Assembly (NCBI GenBank): GCA_963790305.1
Contig: CAWBOC010000009.1
Location: 160,001-224,000, forward strand
Reading direction: 5' to 3'
DNA from: an uncultured Gemmatimonadaceae bacterium
GTDB taxonomy: Bacteria; Gemmatimonadota; Gemmatimonadetes; Gemmatimonadales; Gemmatimonadaceae
DNA length: 64,000 bases
In this document: piece by piece, positions 41,638-51,205 of the stretch
How the letters are laid out: each line of letters starts with the position of its first letter
Numbering within the stretch: the stretch's first letter is position 1
Position numbers and translations under genes: made by a program
Notes under the pieces: generated by a model
The model's database searches: none
Told to the model about the DNA's origin: nothing
What the model saw: the letters and a program-made list of their open reading frames with translations, nothing else

Positions 41638-43551
41638 TCAGGGCACCTGCGGCTGCACCACTTTCGCCACCCAGAAACCGGTGTTGATGTCGGACACCAT
41701 GATGTGGCCGCGATGAGGAATCGCGCTCCACGCCAGCGCCTGATTCGGGCGATAGCCATCGAGCGCGCCCGTATATACCGAGCCGATCACCCGGCCCTGC
41801 TCTCGCAGCTCGCCGCGAAGATCGCCGCTGATATCCAGCACGCGCACCCCGCCGTCATAGGCGCCGATGTAGAGCAGGTTGTCCTCCACCCAGAGGTTGT
41901 GCGCGCCAAACTCGATCGGATCGTATTGCGCCACCTTGCGCAGGTTGCGGATGTCGCTCGCATCGACGACGTGCACGATTCCGCGCGTCGGAAGGCGCTC
42001 GCGGCTCGAGATATCGAATGCGCCGTAGAGCGACTCGTCGGCGATGAAGATGTACTTCCCGGCCGGATATACGGCGTGCGTTCCGGCGACGAAGTCGGGA
42101 GGATATAGCACGCTGTGATCGTAGACGAATCGCGACACCTCCTTTGGCGCCGTAATCGTTCCACCCGCCATGCCATTGCCGACGTCGAGGATGATCAGGC
42201 CGTCCCGCCAATAGGCGAGATACGCGAGGCCATCGCGAACGTAGACGTCGTGCAGCATTCGCGATCCGCGATTCGGCGTCTCCCATCGGGTTATCTGCTT
42301 CGGCTGCTTCGGGTCGCTGAAGTCGATGATGCGCAGGGAGCCAGTGGCGTCATCGGTCGCGAATACATACCGCTTCCAGATGAACGCGCTATGGACGCCG
42401 CCCGTCAGGGTCTCGGTGAACTCCGAGAGGATCTTCGGATGGCGAGGATCGGTGGCGTCGAAGAACACGAGGCCGTTGCGACGATTCGACGCCCCTTCGC
42501 GCGTCAGCACCCCCAGCCGGCCATCCTCGGTGAGGCTCACGTCATTGACGAGATGCGCGTCGACCACGAGCGAATCGGTGAGCTTCGGCGCGGATGGATC
42601 GGTGATGTCGAACACGTACACGCGGGAGCTGATCGTCGAGACGTAGGCCACGTCGCCGAACGGCCACACCTCGGCCCCCATCGTCCCGGCCGGGAGTGGC
42701 ACGTGCGCGACAGACGTTAGGCGCCGCGGATCGGACCGCGGTACGACCTGCACCGACGTTGCGGCGGCCACGGACCCCGCGCTCGCGGTCACCGTGTACA
42801 CGCCGGGATCCTCGGCGACGAAGTACCCCTCGTGGTCGACCTGTCCCCCAGGACCGCTCACGCTCCACCGCACCGGAACGGCGCTGACTGCTGCGCCGCG
42901 CGCGTCGGCCGTGACAGCCGTGAGCTTCACCACGTCGCCCGTGCGGGCCGGCCGCGTCACGGGCTCGAGGCGCACGGTACGCACGGGATTCGCGCGCACG
43001 GCGATCTCCGTGGTGGCGCTCAGCGCTCCCGACTCGGCGACGATGGTCGCGCGCCCGGGGGCCTTGGCGGTGACGAGGCCATTCGGGCTCACCTCCGCGA
43101 TTGCTGGCGTGCGTGAGCGCCACCGCGCCGACGGAACCTGGACGGCGTCATTCGCGCTCGTCATTCCGCTGACCCCGAGCTGCAGCGTCCCGCCCACGAC
43201 GGCGGAATTGCCTTCGGCACTCTCGATCAGGAGGCGCGCCGGCGGGCGCTGGGCGACGCGCACCGTCGCGCGCCCAGGCCGACCACCCACGATGGCAAAG
43301 ACGTGAATCTCGCCCGGGTGGATGGCCGTGAGCGTGCCGGTGCTATCGATTTGCGCGATGTCGAACGGCGCCGCCGCCCACATGGGAGCCTGGGCTACGG
43401 CGCCGCCTTTGTCATCACGCGCTACGGCTCTGAGCTTGATCGAGGAGCCCACGACCATCGTCGTCTCGGCGGGCGAGACGTCGACGCGAGTAACCGTTTG
43501 GGCGGACAGTGCCAGCGGAACGAGCGTGGCCGCGGCGATGAGGACTCTCAT
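41638..43551 (-). CDS. Secreted protein with Ig-like (Big_2) domains and LVIVD-repeat propeller
   Basis: Signal peptide; WRSRTPAIAEVSPNGLVTA Ig motif; repeated (V/I)xDxSDP..P and GLIILDV blades. Confidence 0.82.
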   Translation of the reverse strand: MRVLIAAATLVPLALSAQTVTRVDVSPAETTMVVGSSIKLRAVARDDKGGAVAQAPMWAAAPFDIAQIDSTGTLTAIHPGEIHVFAIVGGRPGRATVRVAQRPPARLLIESAEGNSAVVGGTLQLGVSGMTSANDAVQVPSARWRSRTPAIAEVSPNGLVTAKAPGRATIVAESGALSATTEIAVRANPVRTVRLEPVTRPARTGDVVKLTAVTADARGAAVSAVPVRWSVSGPGGQVDHEGYFVAEDPGVYTVTASAGSVAAATSVQVVPRSDPRRLTSVAHVPLPAGTMGAEVWPFGDVAYVSTISSRVYVFDITDPSAPKLTDSLVVDAHLVNDVSLTEDGRLGVLTREGASNRRNGLVFFDATDPRHPKILSEFTETLTGGVHSAFIWKRYVFATDDATGSLRIIDFSDPKQPKQITRWETPNRGSRMLHDVYVRDGLAYLAYWRDGLIILDVGNGMAGGTITAPKEVSRFVYDHSVLYPPDFVAGTHAVYPAGKYIFIADESLYGAFDISSRERLPTRGIVHVVDASDIRNLRKVAQYDPIEFGAHNLWVEDNLLYIGAYDGGVRVLDISGDLRGELREQGRVIGSVYTGALDGYRPNQALAWSAIPHRGHIMVSDINTGFWVAKVVQPQVP

Positions 43552-43605
43552 TGCGACTCCTGTACGATGGTGGCTGACAGAAGCTTTTTCGCGGCCCTGC
43601 ATGGG

Positions 43606-45516
43606 TCAAGGGGTCCAGCGATCGTTCGCTCGCATCAAGTCCGGGAAGAGCTTGTCCGGGTCGAGCTCGACACTCACGACGCGGGGGGACGCGGCGACCC
43701 GGGTCGTGTGACGCGTTGCGCCGGAGAGCCACACATCCGCCGGTACCGTCACCCGGTCTTCGCGACCGCCTTCACGCCTGACGAGCAGAATCGCCGGCAT
43801 CGGCGCCCGCTGCCGTCGCTCGATGTCGATCTCCACCGAGTCGCCCACGACGCGCCCGCCGGCGATCGCCAGGTCCATGGTGGAGGTCTCGTAGAACCAC
43901 GTGCGCCAGAACCAGTCGAGTTGCCGGTCGCTCGCGTTCTCGAAGGAATTCCAGAGGTCGTACGGCGTCGGATGCTTGTTTCGCCACCCACGGCCATGGT
44001 CTCTGAATGCGCGCACGAAGGCACTATCGCCGATGACGCCGCGCAGTGATCGGAAGATCGAGACCGGCTTTTCGTAGCTGGCGATGACGTACGCCGCGGC
44101 CGAAGGAAATCTGTCACTGTGAGTCATCAGCGGCGCTTCGACCTCGCCGCCCGCGGCGCGGAGATAGTTCACGAACCCCGTCACCGCGGGATCGCCCGCG
44201 GCAGGGCCGAACTGATCTCGCGCGGCGCGCGTCTCGAAGTAGCTCGCCAGCCCTTCGTCGTACCATGGGTAGCGTTTCTCGTCCGACCCGATCTGCATCG
44301 GGAACCACATGTGCGCGATCTCGTGGGCGATCACGGTGTACAGCTCCTGTGGGTCGGGCACGGCCGCGATCGCGGTCAACATCGGGTACTCCATTCCGTA
44401 GACCGTCGTCTCGACGGCGGTCATGTGCGGATATGGATATGGCCAGATATCGCGCGAGAAGAATTCGACCGAGTGCCTGGCGAAGCGGGCCGACAGCTCC
44501 CACGCGGCCGCGGTCGCCCGAAACATTGTGTGAATGGCGGTCGTGTCTGGGCGGCCGTCGCCGTTAGCGTCCCCAACGACGGCGCGTGTCGCGTCCCACA
44601 ACCATCGATTCGAGGTCCCAAAGGCGAAGTCGCGTACGCCGCGCGCCACGTATCGCCACTCGAGAAGGCCATCCGCATCGGTCCGCGTACGCTCGGCGTC
44701 GCGCCGCCACACGATGTGCACGACGCTGGTGTCGGTGCGCGCGCGCTCGAGACGTGAGAGTGCGGAGTCGCTCAGGACCTCTCGAGGATTCTGAAGCTCG
44801 CCCGTCGCGGTGACGAGCCAGCCGGTGGGTATCGTCAGCCTGACGTCGTAGTCCGCGAAGCCGTAGTAGAACTCGCCGTTGCCGAGATACGGATCGGTCT
44901 GCCAGCCGTTCACGTCGTCGTAGACCGCCACCATGGGATACCACTGCGCGATGAAGAACACCTCCCCGTCCTGACCCATGCGGGGCGCGCTCGCGGGAGG
45001 AACGCGAAAGCCCCACGTGAATCCGAGCTCCACCGAGTCGCCGGGGGCGAGCGGCCGAGCGAGCGGGATCCACCCGATCGTCGCCTGCACGTCGTAGCCT
45101 CCATCCCCACCGCGCGCGAGCTCTCGGCCATCGACCGTCACGCGCTCCAGCCGCAAGCCGCCGGTGAGCGGGACGTTCTCGTTCTTCGGCGAATTCGACG
45201 CGAAAAGATTCTGGAGCAGGTGGACGGCGACACGTCGCAGCGTATCCGGTGAGCGATTGTGATAGCGAATCGTCTCTTCACCCGCGAGCTGCGCGGTCCG
45301 GGGGTCCAGTCGGGCCGAAATGCGGTAGGAAGCCCACTGCTGCCAATACCGAGGACCCGGAGGCCCCGTGTCGGTGCGCGTGCCTCGCGTGATCGCGCGC
45401 GTGAAGGCGGTGTCGGCAGGGATTCCGAGTATGGGCCCACTGACGACGGTCGGCGCGGTCACCGCGCGCGAGCATGCGACAGAGACCAGGAGAAGCAAGA
45501 GAGGGATCGTGCGCAT
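43606..45516 (-). CDS. M1 family metallo-aminopeptidase (lipoprotein)
   Basis: VAC lipobox; GMEYP, HEIAHMWF, W.DEG motifs. Confidence 0.9.
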   Translation of the reverse strand: MRTIPLLLLLVSVACSRAVTAPTVVSGPILGIPADTAFTRAITRGTRTDTGPPGPRYWQQWASYRISARLDPRTAQLAGEETIRYHNRSPDTLRRVAVHLLQNLFASNSPKNENVPLTGGLRLERVTVDGRELARGGDGGYDVQATIGWIPLARPLAPGDSVELGFTWGFRVPPASAPRMGQDGEVFFIAQWYPMVAVYDDVNGWQTDPYLGNGEFYYGFADYDVRLTIPTGWLVTATGELQNPREVLSDSALSRLERARTDTSVVHIVWRRDAERTRTDADGLLEWRYVARGVRDFAFGTSNRWLWDATRAVVGDANGDGRPDTTAIHTMFRATAAAWELSARFARHSVEFFSRDIWPYPYPHMTAVETTVYGMEYPMLTAIAAVPDPQELYTVIAHEIAHMWFPMQIGSDEKRYPWYDEGLASYFETRAARDQFGPAAGDPAVTGFVNYLRAAGGEVEAPLMTHSDRFPSAAAYVIASYEKPVSIFRSLRGVIGDSAFVRAFRDHGRGWRNKHPTPYDLWNSFENASDRQLDWFWRTWFYETSTMDLAIAGGRVVGDSVEIDIERRQRAPMPAILLVRREGGREDRVTVPADVWLSGATRHTTRVAASPRVVSVELDPDKLFPDLMRANDRWTP

Positions 45517-45571
45517 CGGCTGGTGGGTGTGCGTTCGCTGCAAAGCTGCGTCCGGCACTCAGAGAAGCAAG

Positions 45572-45600
45572 AACGGGGCGAGCCTGACGGCCGCCCCGTT
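45572..45600 (-). terminator. Probable intrinsic terminator after the sigma factor gene
   Basis: Minus strand aacggggcggc-cgtcag-gctcgccccgtt followed by cttgcttct. Confidence 0.55.
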
Positions 45601-45628
45601 TACATTGCTGAGCAGTGCGTTCGGTCCG

Positions 45629-46486
45629 TTACCCGAGATAAGACTCCAGCGCTCGGGCGCGCGACACATGGCGCAAACGTGACAGCGCTTTCTCCTTGAT
45701 CTGGCGCACGCGCTCACGCGTGATGCCGAGGAGCGAGCCGATCTGCTCGAGCGTCATCGGTTCCTCGCCGTCGAGACCGAAGTAGAGGCGCAGGATTTTC
45801 GCCTCACGCTCTTTCAATGACGCGAGCGCCTCCTCGATCGATTCCGTCAACGCCTTCTCGAACGTCTGTTCGTCGGGCGTGGGATTCAGATTGTCGGGGA
45901 GGTAGTCGAGCAGCTTGTTGTCTTCGCCGGGCGTGAGCGGCGCGTCGAGGGAGAGATGGGTCTGCGAGATCGAGATGGTCTTCGCGACCTCTTCCTCGGT
46001 GATGTCCATTCCGTCGGCGATCTCTTCGTGCGTCGGCTCGCGACCAAGCTCCTGAAGCAGCGCGTTCGCGCGCTTGCCGATGCGGTGCAGCGTGCCGGCG
46101 CGGTTCAGCGGTACGCGCACGATGCGCGATTGCTCCGCTAGCGCCTGGAGAATGGCCTGGCGAATCCACCACACCGCGTACGAGATGAACTTGATGCCCT
46201 TCGTCTCATCGAACTTGTGGGCCGCCCGGATGAGTCCGAGGTTCCCTTCGTTGATGAGATCGGAGAGCGAGACGCCCTGGTTCTGATATTTCTTCGCGAC
46301 GGACACGACGAAGCGCAGATTGGAGCGCACGAGCTTGTCGAGCGCTTCCTGATCATTCACGCGGATGCGCTGGGCGAGCCGCACCTCTTCGTCGCGAGAG
46401 ATCAGCGGGTAGATGCTGATGTCGCGGAGGTATTGGTCGAGCGACCCTTCCTCGTACGACGACTTCCTGTGTGTGGTCACTCCCAT
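45629..46486 (-). CDS. RpoD/SigA-family sigma-70 factor lacking region 1.1
   Basis: SLDQYLRDI (1.2), NLRFVVSVAKKY, DLINEGNLGL, KFISYAVWWIRQ, TRERVRQIKEKAL; about 285 aa. Confidence 0.93.
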   Translation of the reverse strand: MGVTTHRKSSYEEGSLDQYLRDISIYPLISRDEEVRLAQRIRVNDQEALDKLVRSNLRFVVSVAKKYQNQGVSLSDLINEGNLGLIRAAHKFDETKGIKFISYAVWWIRQAILQALAEQSRIVRVPLNRAGTLHRIGKRANALLQELGREPTHEEIADGMDITEEEVAKTISISQTHLSLDAPLTPGEDNKLLDYLPDNLNPTPDEQTFEKALTESIEEALASLKEREAKILRLYFGLDGEEPMTLEQIGSLLGITRERVRQIKEKALSRLRHVSRARALESYLG

Positions 46487-46559
46487 ACGGGCACCGGCTC
46501 CTCGATGCGACCTCGCCGCGCGGGGAACGCGCGGTATTGCGGACGACGACTCCGGCCCC

Positions 46560-47339
46560 TCAGTGAACGCGTTCTCCAAGGCGCCGCCACCTGATGTTGG
46601 TGAGCCACGGAACTCAATGTGAGGGGTCACGCGCATAGCTGTAATACACGACGAAGGGCTGGCCCTTCACCAGGCTGTCCGGCACGAAGCCCCAGTAGCG
46701 GCTGTCGTACGAGTTGTCCCGGTTGTCGCCGAGCACGAAATAGCTCCTCTCAGGGACGACCAGCGGACCCCAGTTGTTACGCGATGGATGGTACGGCGCG
46801 CCACTCGCGGCAGCCTGTTTTACGAGGTGATTTCGCTGCCACTCGAAGTCTTCCCCCGAAGGGTCTTCACCGGGCGCGGTGTGATCCACGTACTGCTCAT
46901 CGAGTGCGCGACCGTTGAGCCGCACGATGCCTTCGTGCATCTCGAGCGTGTCGCCAGGGAGGCCGATGAGACGCTTGACGAAGTTCTTGGTCGGATCCTT
47001 CGGCCACTCGAAGACGATGATGTCGCCACGCTGTGGACGCGCGATCGGCGGCAGATGGGCGCTCGTGAACGGAATCTCGGCGCCGTAGACGGCCTTGTTC
47101 ACGAGGAGGAAATCGCCGACGAGCAGCGTGCGCTCCATGCTCCCGGTCGGGATCTTGAATGCCTCGACGAGGAAGGTGCGGATGAGAAGGAACAGGACGA
47201 TGGCGACGACGAGCGACTTGGCCCAGTCGACGAACATCCGCAGGCGCGAGCGCGGCCGATTGAGCTCACGCAGGATTTGCCTGCGCTGCTCTTCGGTGAT
47301 CTCGACGCGGTTGGGGGTCGTCTGGGGGCGTTCCGTCAT
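46560..47339 (-). CDS. lepB: Signal peptidase I (in-frame TGA at 46614-46616, 17 codons before the apparent natural end)
   Basis: IPTGSM, VKRLIGLPGD, GDNRDNSYDSRYWG; after the TGA the same frame reads VPWLTNIRWRRLGERVH*. Confidence 0.92.
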
Positions 47340-47375
47340 CGCAGCCGGCCTCGGCTAGACAAATGAAATCGACAC

Positions 47376-47633
47376 CTACAGCCGCGCAGCCAAATGCTCG
47401 AGCGCGGACTTCGCTCCGGAAGGGAGCCGAAGCGTCACGACGGTATGCCGTCCCGACGAGGCCTTGCCCATCTCGGAGATGACTACCCCTTCCGCCTGGA
47501 GGTCACGTCGCAGGCGCGACGTACTTCCTTCGGTCGCGGCACCATCACCGCGACCCTCCAGCGCGCCGCCAACCCGTTCGCTTGCCTCCACCACCGCCGC
47601 CCGAACGATGTCACCGCGACGCACGGTCGACAT
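47376..47633 (-). CDS. Hypothetical 85-aa protein (region also hairpin-rich)
   Basis: ORF fills the gap between lepB and the aldehyde dehydrogenase gene, with plausible codons but no recognisable motif. Confidence 0.4.
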   Translation of the reverse strand: MSTVRRGDIVRAAVVEASERVGGALEGRGDGAATEGSTSRLRRDLQAEGVVISEMGKASSGRHTVVTLRLPSGAKSALEHLAARL

Positions 47634-47681
47634 AGGCTGGAATAAACCAACGGTGTCGGAGCATTTCAATGGCAAGGGCAA

Positions 47682-47773
47682 AGGTTATCGAGGTGCTCGA
47701 GGTGCGGGGGCTTCCCCCTAGAGCACCTGGAGCACCTGGAGCACCTCGAGCACCTCGAGCACCTCGAGCTCCA
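47682..47773. repeat. Inverted 9-mer GAGCACCT(C/G) array (same unit as 7132-7231)
   Basis: aggttatcg-aggtgctcg-aggtgc, centre gggggcttccccc, then gagcacctg x2 and gagcacctc x3. Confidence 0.88.
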
Positions 47774-47776
47774 CGC

Positions 47777-49277
47777 TCAATCCGGCGTACCAAGGTAGTT
47801 ATCAATCTGCGCTCGCTGGAGCGTCCCCGAGAAATCGACGTAACCCACCTTCGTTTCGGAGTAGAACTCGTAGACCTGCCATCCGCCTTCACGGTGGCCG
47901 TTCCCTGTCTGCTTTACCCCACCGAAGGGCAAATGTGCTTCCGCGCCGATGGTTGGAGCATTGATGTAGGTGATTCCGTTGTCGAGATCGCTCAGCCCCC
48001 GGAAGGCGACCGATACATCGCGGGTGTAGAGGGACGAGGAGAGGCCGTATTTCACCCCGTTGTTGATGCGGAAGGCCTCGTCAGGCGATTCCACGCGAAG
48101 CACCGAGAGCACAGGACCGAAAATCTCCTCCTGCTCGATGCGCATTCCCTGCTCCACTCGCGCGAAGATCGTTGGCTCGAAGAAATGTCCCTTCTCGAGG
48201 CCCTTCCCCGATGCTCGGCGGCCACCCATTAACAGGTCGGCTCCGCCGGCAACGCCAATGTCCACGTAGCGCTCTACCTTCTTCACCGCCGCCTCGTTCA
48301 CGAGAGGGCCGACCTCCGTGCCCTCACGACGCCCGTCGCCCAGCTTGAGCGCCCGCGCGCGCTTCACCAGGCGACTCAGGAAATCATCATGGATACCCGA
48401 CTGGAGAATGAGCCGGCTCGTCGCCGTGCACCGCTGGCCCGTTGTGCCGAACGCTCCCCAGAGCACCCCCTCGAGAGCCAGGTCAGGATCCGCGTCATCG
48501 AGTACGATCATCGCGTTCTTGCCGCCCATCTCGAGCGACAGCCGCTTGTGTAGTCGGCCGCACGTCTCGCCCACGAGGCGCCCCGTTTCCGTCGAGCCCG
48601 TGAACGACACGAGTGAGACCGCCGGATGCTCGACAATGGCGGCACCCACCGCCTCGCCGGTCCCGTGGACGAGCTGGATGACGTCAGGCGGCAGACCCGC
48701 CTCGAGAAGCACCTCAACGAACACCGTCCCCGTGTGCGGGACATCTTCGGCCGGCTTGAACACGACCGCGTTACCGCATAACAGCGCCGGAAAAATCTTC
48801 CAGGTTGGGATGGCCAGGGGAAAGTTGAATGGCGTGATGATGCCGGCCACGCCGATCGGGCGCCGGAAGCTCATCGCCCATTTCTCGCGGAGCTCGCTCG
48901 GGACGGTGTGACCGAACAGGCGCCGGCCCTCGGTCGCCGCGTAGTAGGCGGTGTCGATCCCCTCCTGCACATCCCCGCGCGTTTCGGTGAGCGGCTTGCC
49001 CATTCTCGCGCGTCATGAGGTCGGCGATCTCATCTTTCCGCCTCACGAGAATGTCCCCCGCGCGCCGGATCACGTCCCCACGCGCCGGCGCCGGCGTGCG
49101 ACGCCACCGCTCGAAGCCGCGCTGCGCCGATGCCACCGCCTTGTCCACGTCCGTGCGCGACGACAGGGGAAAGCGTCCGATGAGGTCGCCCGTGTCGGCG
49201 GGATTGACGTTGTCGAAGTATTCGCCGGTCGAAGGCTCGACCCAGGAACCGGCAATGAAGTTCTTAAATAGTTTCAT
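47777..49277 (-). CDS. Aldehyde dehydrogenase family protein, frameshift near 49004
   Basis: NFIAGSW..NPA; ITPFNFP, FTGSTETG, LEMGGKN, GQRCT, EEIFGPV. The expected MTREMGKP is split by one extra base. Confidence 0.92.
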
Positions 49278-49295
49278 AAAATCGACGTGTTAGCC

Positions 49296-49364
49296 AATGC
49301 GGACTGCGGACTGCGGACTGCGAATGCCCGCACCATAATCCTCCGCATTCCGGATTCCGCATTC
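49296..49364. repeat. Inverted heptamer A(A/C)TGCGG array
   Basis: aatgcgg-actgcgg-actgcgg-actgcg ... tccgcat-tccggat-tccgcat. Confidence 0.85.
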
Positions 49365-49367
49365 CCA

Positions 49368-49811
49368 TCATTCGCACTGCCACACGCTCGGGTGATCGAG
49401 CGTCGGTTTCGCGTAACCTACTCGCGGCAGGATCTCCTGCGCACCCAGGATCGTGCCCCACAGCACGATCAGGAGTGAGAGCACATGGGCCTTCCCGGCA
49501 CGGTGTCGCCAGGCCCACACCGCGCTCCACGAGCCGGCGCCGATCAGTACGCCGACAGCCAGCAGGTAGCCCAGAAGACCGAGCCCACAGCGCGCCTCAT
49601 AGGGCCAGAAGATCATGCCTATGCCAAGCGCAACGCTCAGCAGCAGGCGCACCATGACCCCGAACGTCGACGTGCGCGACTGCTTCTCGGCGATGGCCTC
49701 GCGCTGAGGCGTCGTCTTCGCGGCGCTCTTGGGAAAGAGCTGCTCGTCGGACACCGATTCCAGCTGCTTGTCTATCTTGGCGAGCTCGCGATCCCAGTCC
49801 TTGTCCGCCAT
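49368..49811 (-). CDS. Hypothetical membrane protein (3 TM)
   Basis: Charged N-terminus DWDRELAKIDK followed by three hydrophobic segments; co-oriented with its neighbours. Confidence 0.7.
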   Translation of the reverse strand: MADKDWDRELAKIDKQLESVSDEQLFPKSAAKTTPQREAIAEKQSRTSTFGVMVRLLLSVALGIGMIFWPYEARCGLGLLGYLLAVGVLIGAGSWSAVWAWRHRAGKAHVLSLLIVLWGTILGAQEILPRVGYAKPTLDHPSVWQCE

Positions 49812-49837
49812 TCATCCCTCGGTTCGCGGGGCGACGA

Positions 49838-51205
49838 TCACGCTTCTTCCCTCGCCAATCCATAACGTTCGATCTTCTTGTAGAGATTCGAACGCGGCAT
49901 GTCGAGCAGACGCGCCGTCTCCGAGACGTTCCAGTTCGCCTCTCGAAGCTTGGCCAGCAGGAAAGCGCGCTCGGCGGCGTCCTTGAACTCCTCGAAGGTG
50001 CGGCATTCGACGAGGGAGCCAAGGCTCGTCTGCTCGGCGGCGCGCTTCCCGACCAGGCGCTCCACATCCGCAGCCGTGATCCGTGGTCCGGATGCCAGGA
50101 TGAGCAATCGCTCCACCGTGTTGCGAAGCTCGCGCACGTTGCCCGGCCAGTCGTACTCGGTAAGGCGCTGCACCGCCTCATCCGCGAGGCCACGAGGCGG
50201 AACGCCTTCGCCCCTCGTGAGGCGGTCGGCGAAATGCGCCACGAGCTGGGGAATGTCTTCACGTCGATCGCGGAGGGGCGGGACGCTCACCGGCACCACG
50301 TTGAGCCGGTAGAAGAGGTCCTCGCGGAATTTCCCTTCCGCGATCTCGTGCTCGAGATCCTTGTTCGTCGCCGCGAGCACGCGCACGTCGACCGAGACGG
50401 GCTTGCTGCCCCCGATTCGGGTGACGACCCCGTCCTCGAGCACGCGCAGGACCTTCGCCTGCGCGGCGAGACTCATGTCACCGATCTCATCGAGAAACAG
50501 CGTGCCGTGGTTCGCGAGCTCGAACTTTCCGGCGCGATCCTGCACCGCACCCGTGAACGATCCCTTCATGTGGCCGAAGAGCTCGCTCTCGATGAGCTCG
50601 CTGGGGATCGCGGCGCAGTTGACCTCGATGAACGGTCCCTCGGCGCGCGCCGACAGCCGGTGGACAGCGCGCGCAACCAGCTCCTTCCCGGTTCCGTTTT
50701 CGCCGGTGACCAACACCCGCGCCGGAGAGGGCGCAACCTTCTCGATCTTGTCCAGCAGTGCCTTGATCGCGTAGGAGCGACCCACGATCTCGTAGCGCGA
50801 CTCGATGGTTTGCTTGAGCCGCGTATTTTCCTCCGACAACGACAGATGCTCGAGCGCGTTGCGCAGCGTGACCAGAATGCGATCGGTGTCGAGCGGCTTC
50901 TCGAGGAAGTCATAGGCGCCGAGCTGCGTCGCCTCGACCGCCGTCTGAATGGTGCCATGACCACTGATCATGACCACGACCGCGTTGGCGTCAGTTTGCT
51001 TCAACCGCTTGAGCGCCTCCAGCCCATCGATCCCCGCCATCTTCACATCCATGAAGACCAGCTGCGGACGAAAGCGGTCGTACTCGGTGATCGCATCCAC
51101 GGCGTTGCCGGCGGTCTTCACCTCGTACCCTTCGTATTCGAGGAGTTGGCCAAGTGCCTGACGAATCCCCTTCTCGTCGTCGACGACGAGGATGCGGCGG
51201 CTCAT
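49838..51205 (-). CDS. Sigma54-dependent response regulator (NtrX/NtrC-like)
   Basis: Receiver ILVVDDE..MDVKM..ISGHG; AAA+ GENGTGKE, ESELFGH..GSFTGA, WPGNVREL; Fis-type HTH. Confidence 0.94.
   Translation of the reverse strand: MSRRILVVDDEKGIRQALGQLLEYEGYEVKTAGNAVDAITEYDRFRPQLVFMDVKMAGIDGLEALKRLKQTDANAVVVMISGHGTIQTAVEATQLGAYDFLEKPLDTDRILVTLRNALEHLSLSEENTRLKQTIESRYEIVGRSYAIKALLDKIEKVAPSPARVLVTGENGTGKELVARAVHRLSARAEGPFIEVNCAAIPSELIESELFGHMKGSFTGAVQDRAGKFELANHGTLFLDEIGDMSLAAQAKVLRVLEDGVVTRIGGSKPVSVDVRVLAATNKDLEHEIAEGKFREDLFYRLNVVPVSVPPLRDRREDIPQLVAHFADRLTRGEGVPPRGLADEAVQRLTEYDWPGNVRELRNTVERLLILASGPRITAADVERLVGKRAAEQTSLGSLVECRTFEEFKDAAERAFLLAKLREANWNVSETARLLDMPRSNLYKKIERYGLAREEA

Noticed and set aside
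41364..41759. N-terminal extension of YajQ in the ORF track
   Set aside because: It runs through the palindromic element and the end of the upstream gene; YajQ similarity begins at the ATG at 41363.
47520..47540. SRP RNA suggested by [12 protein letters not shown] the minus strand
   Set aside because: Lacks the surrounding CAGG...GCAGC helix-8 context.
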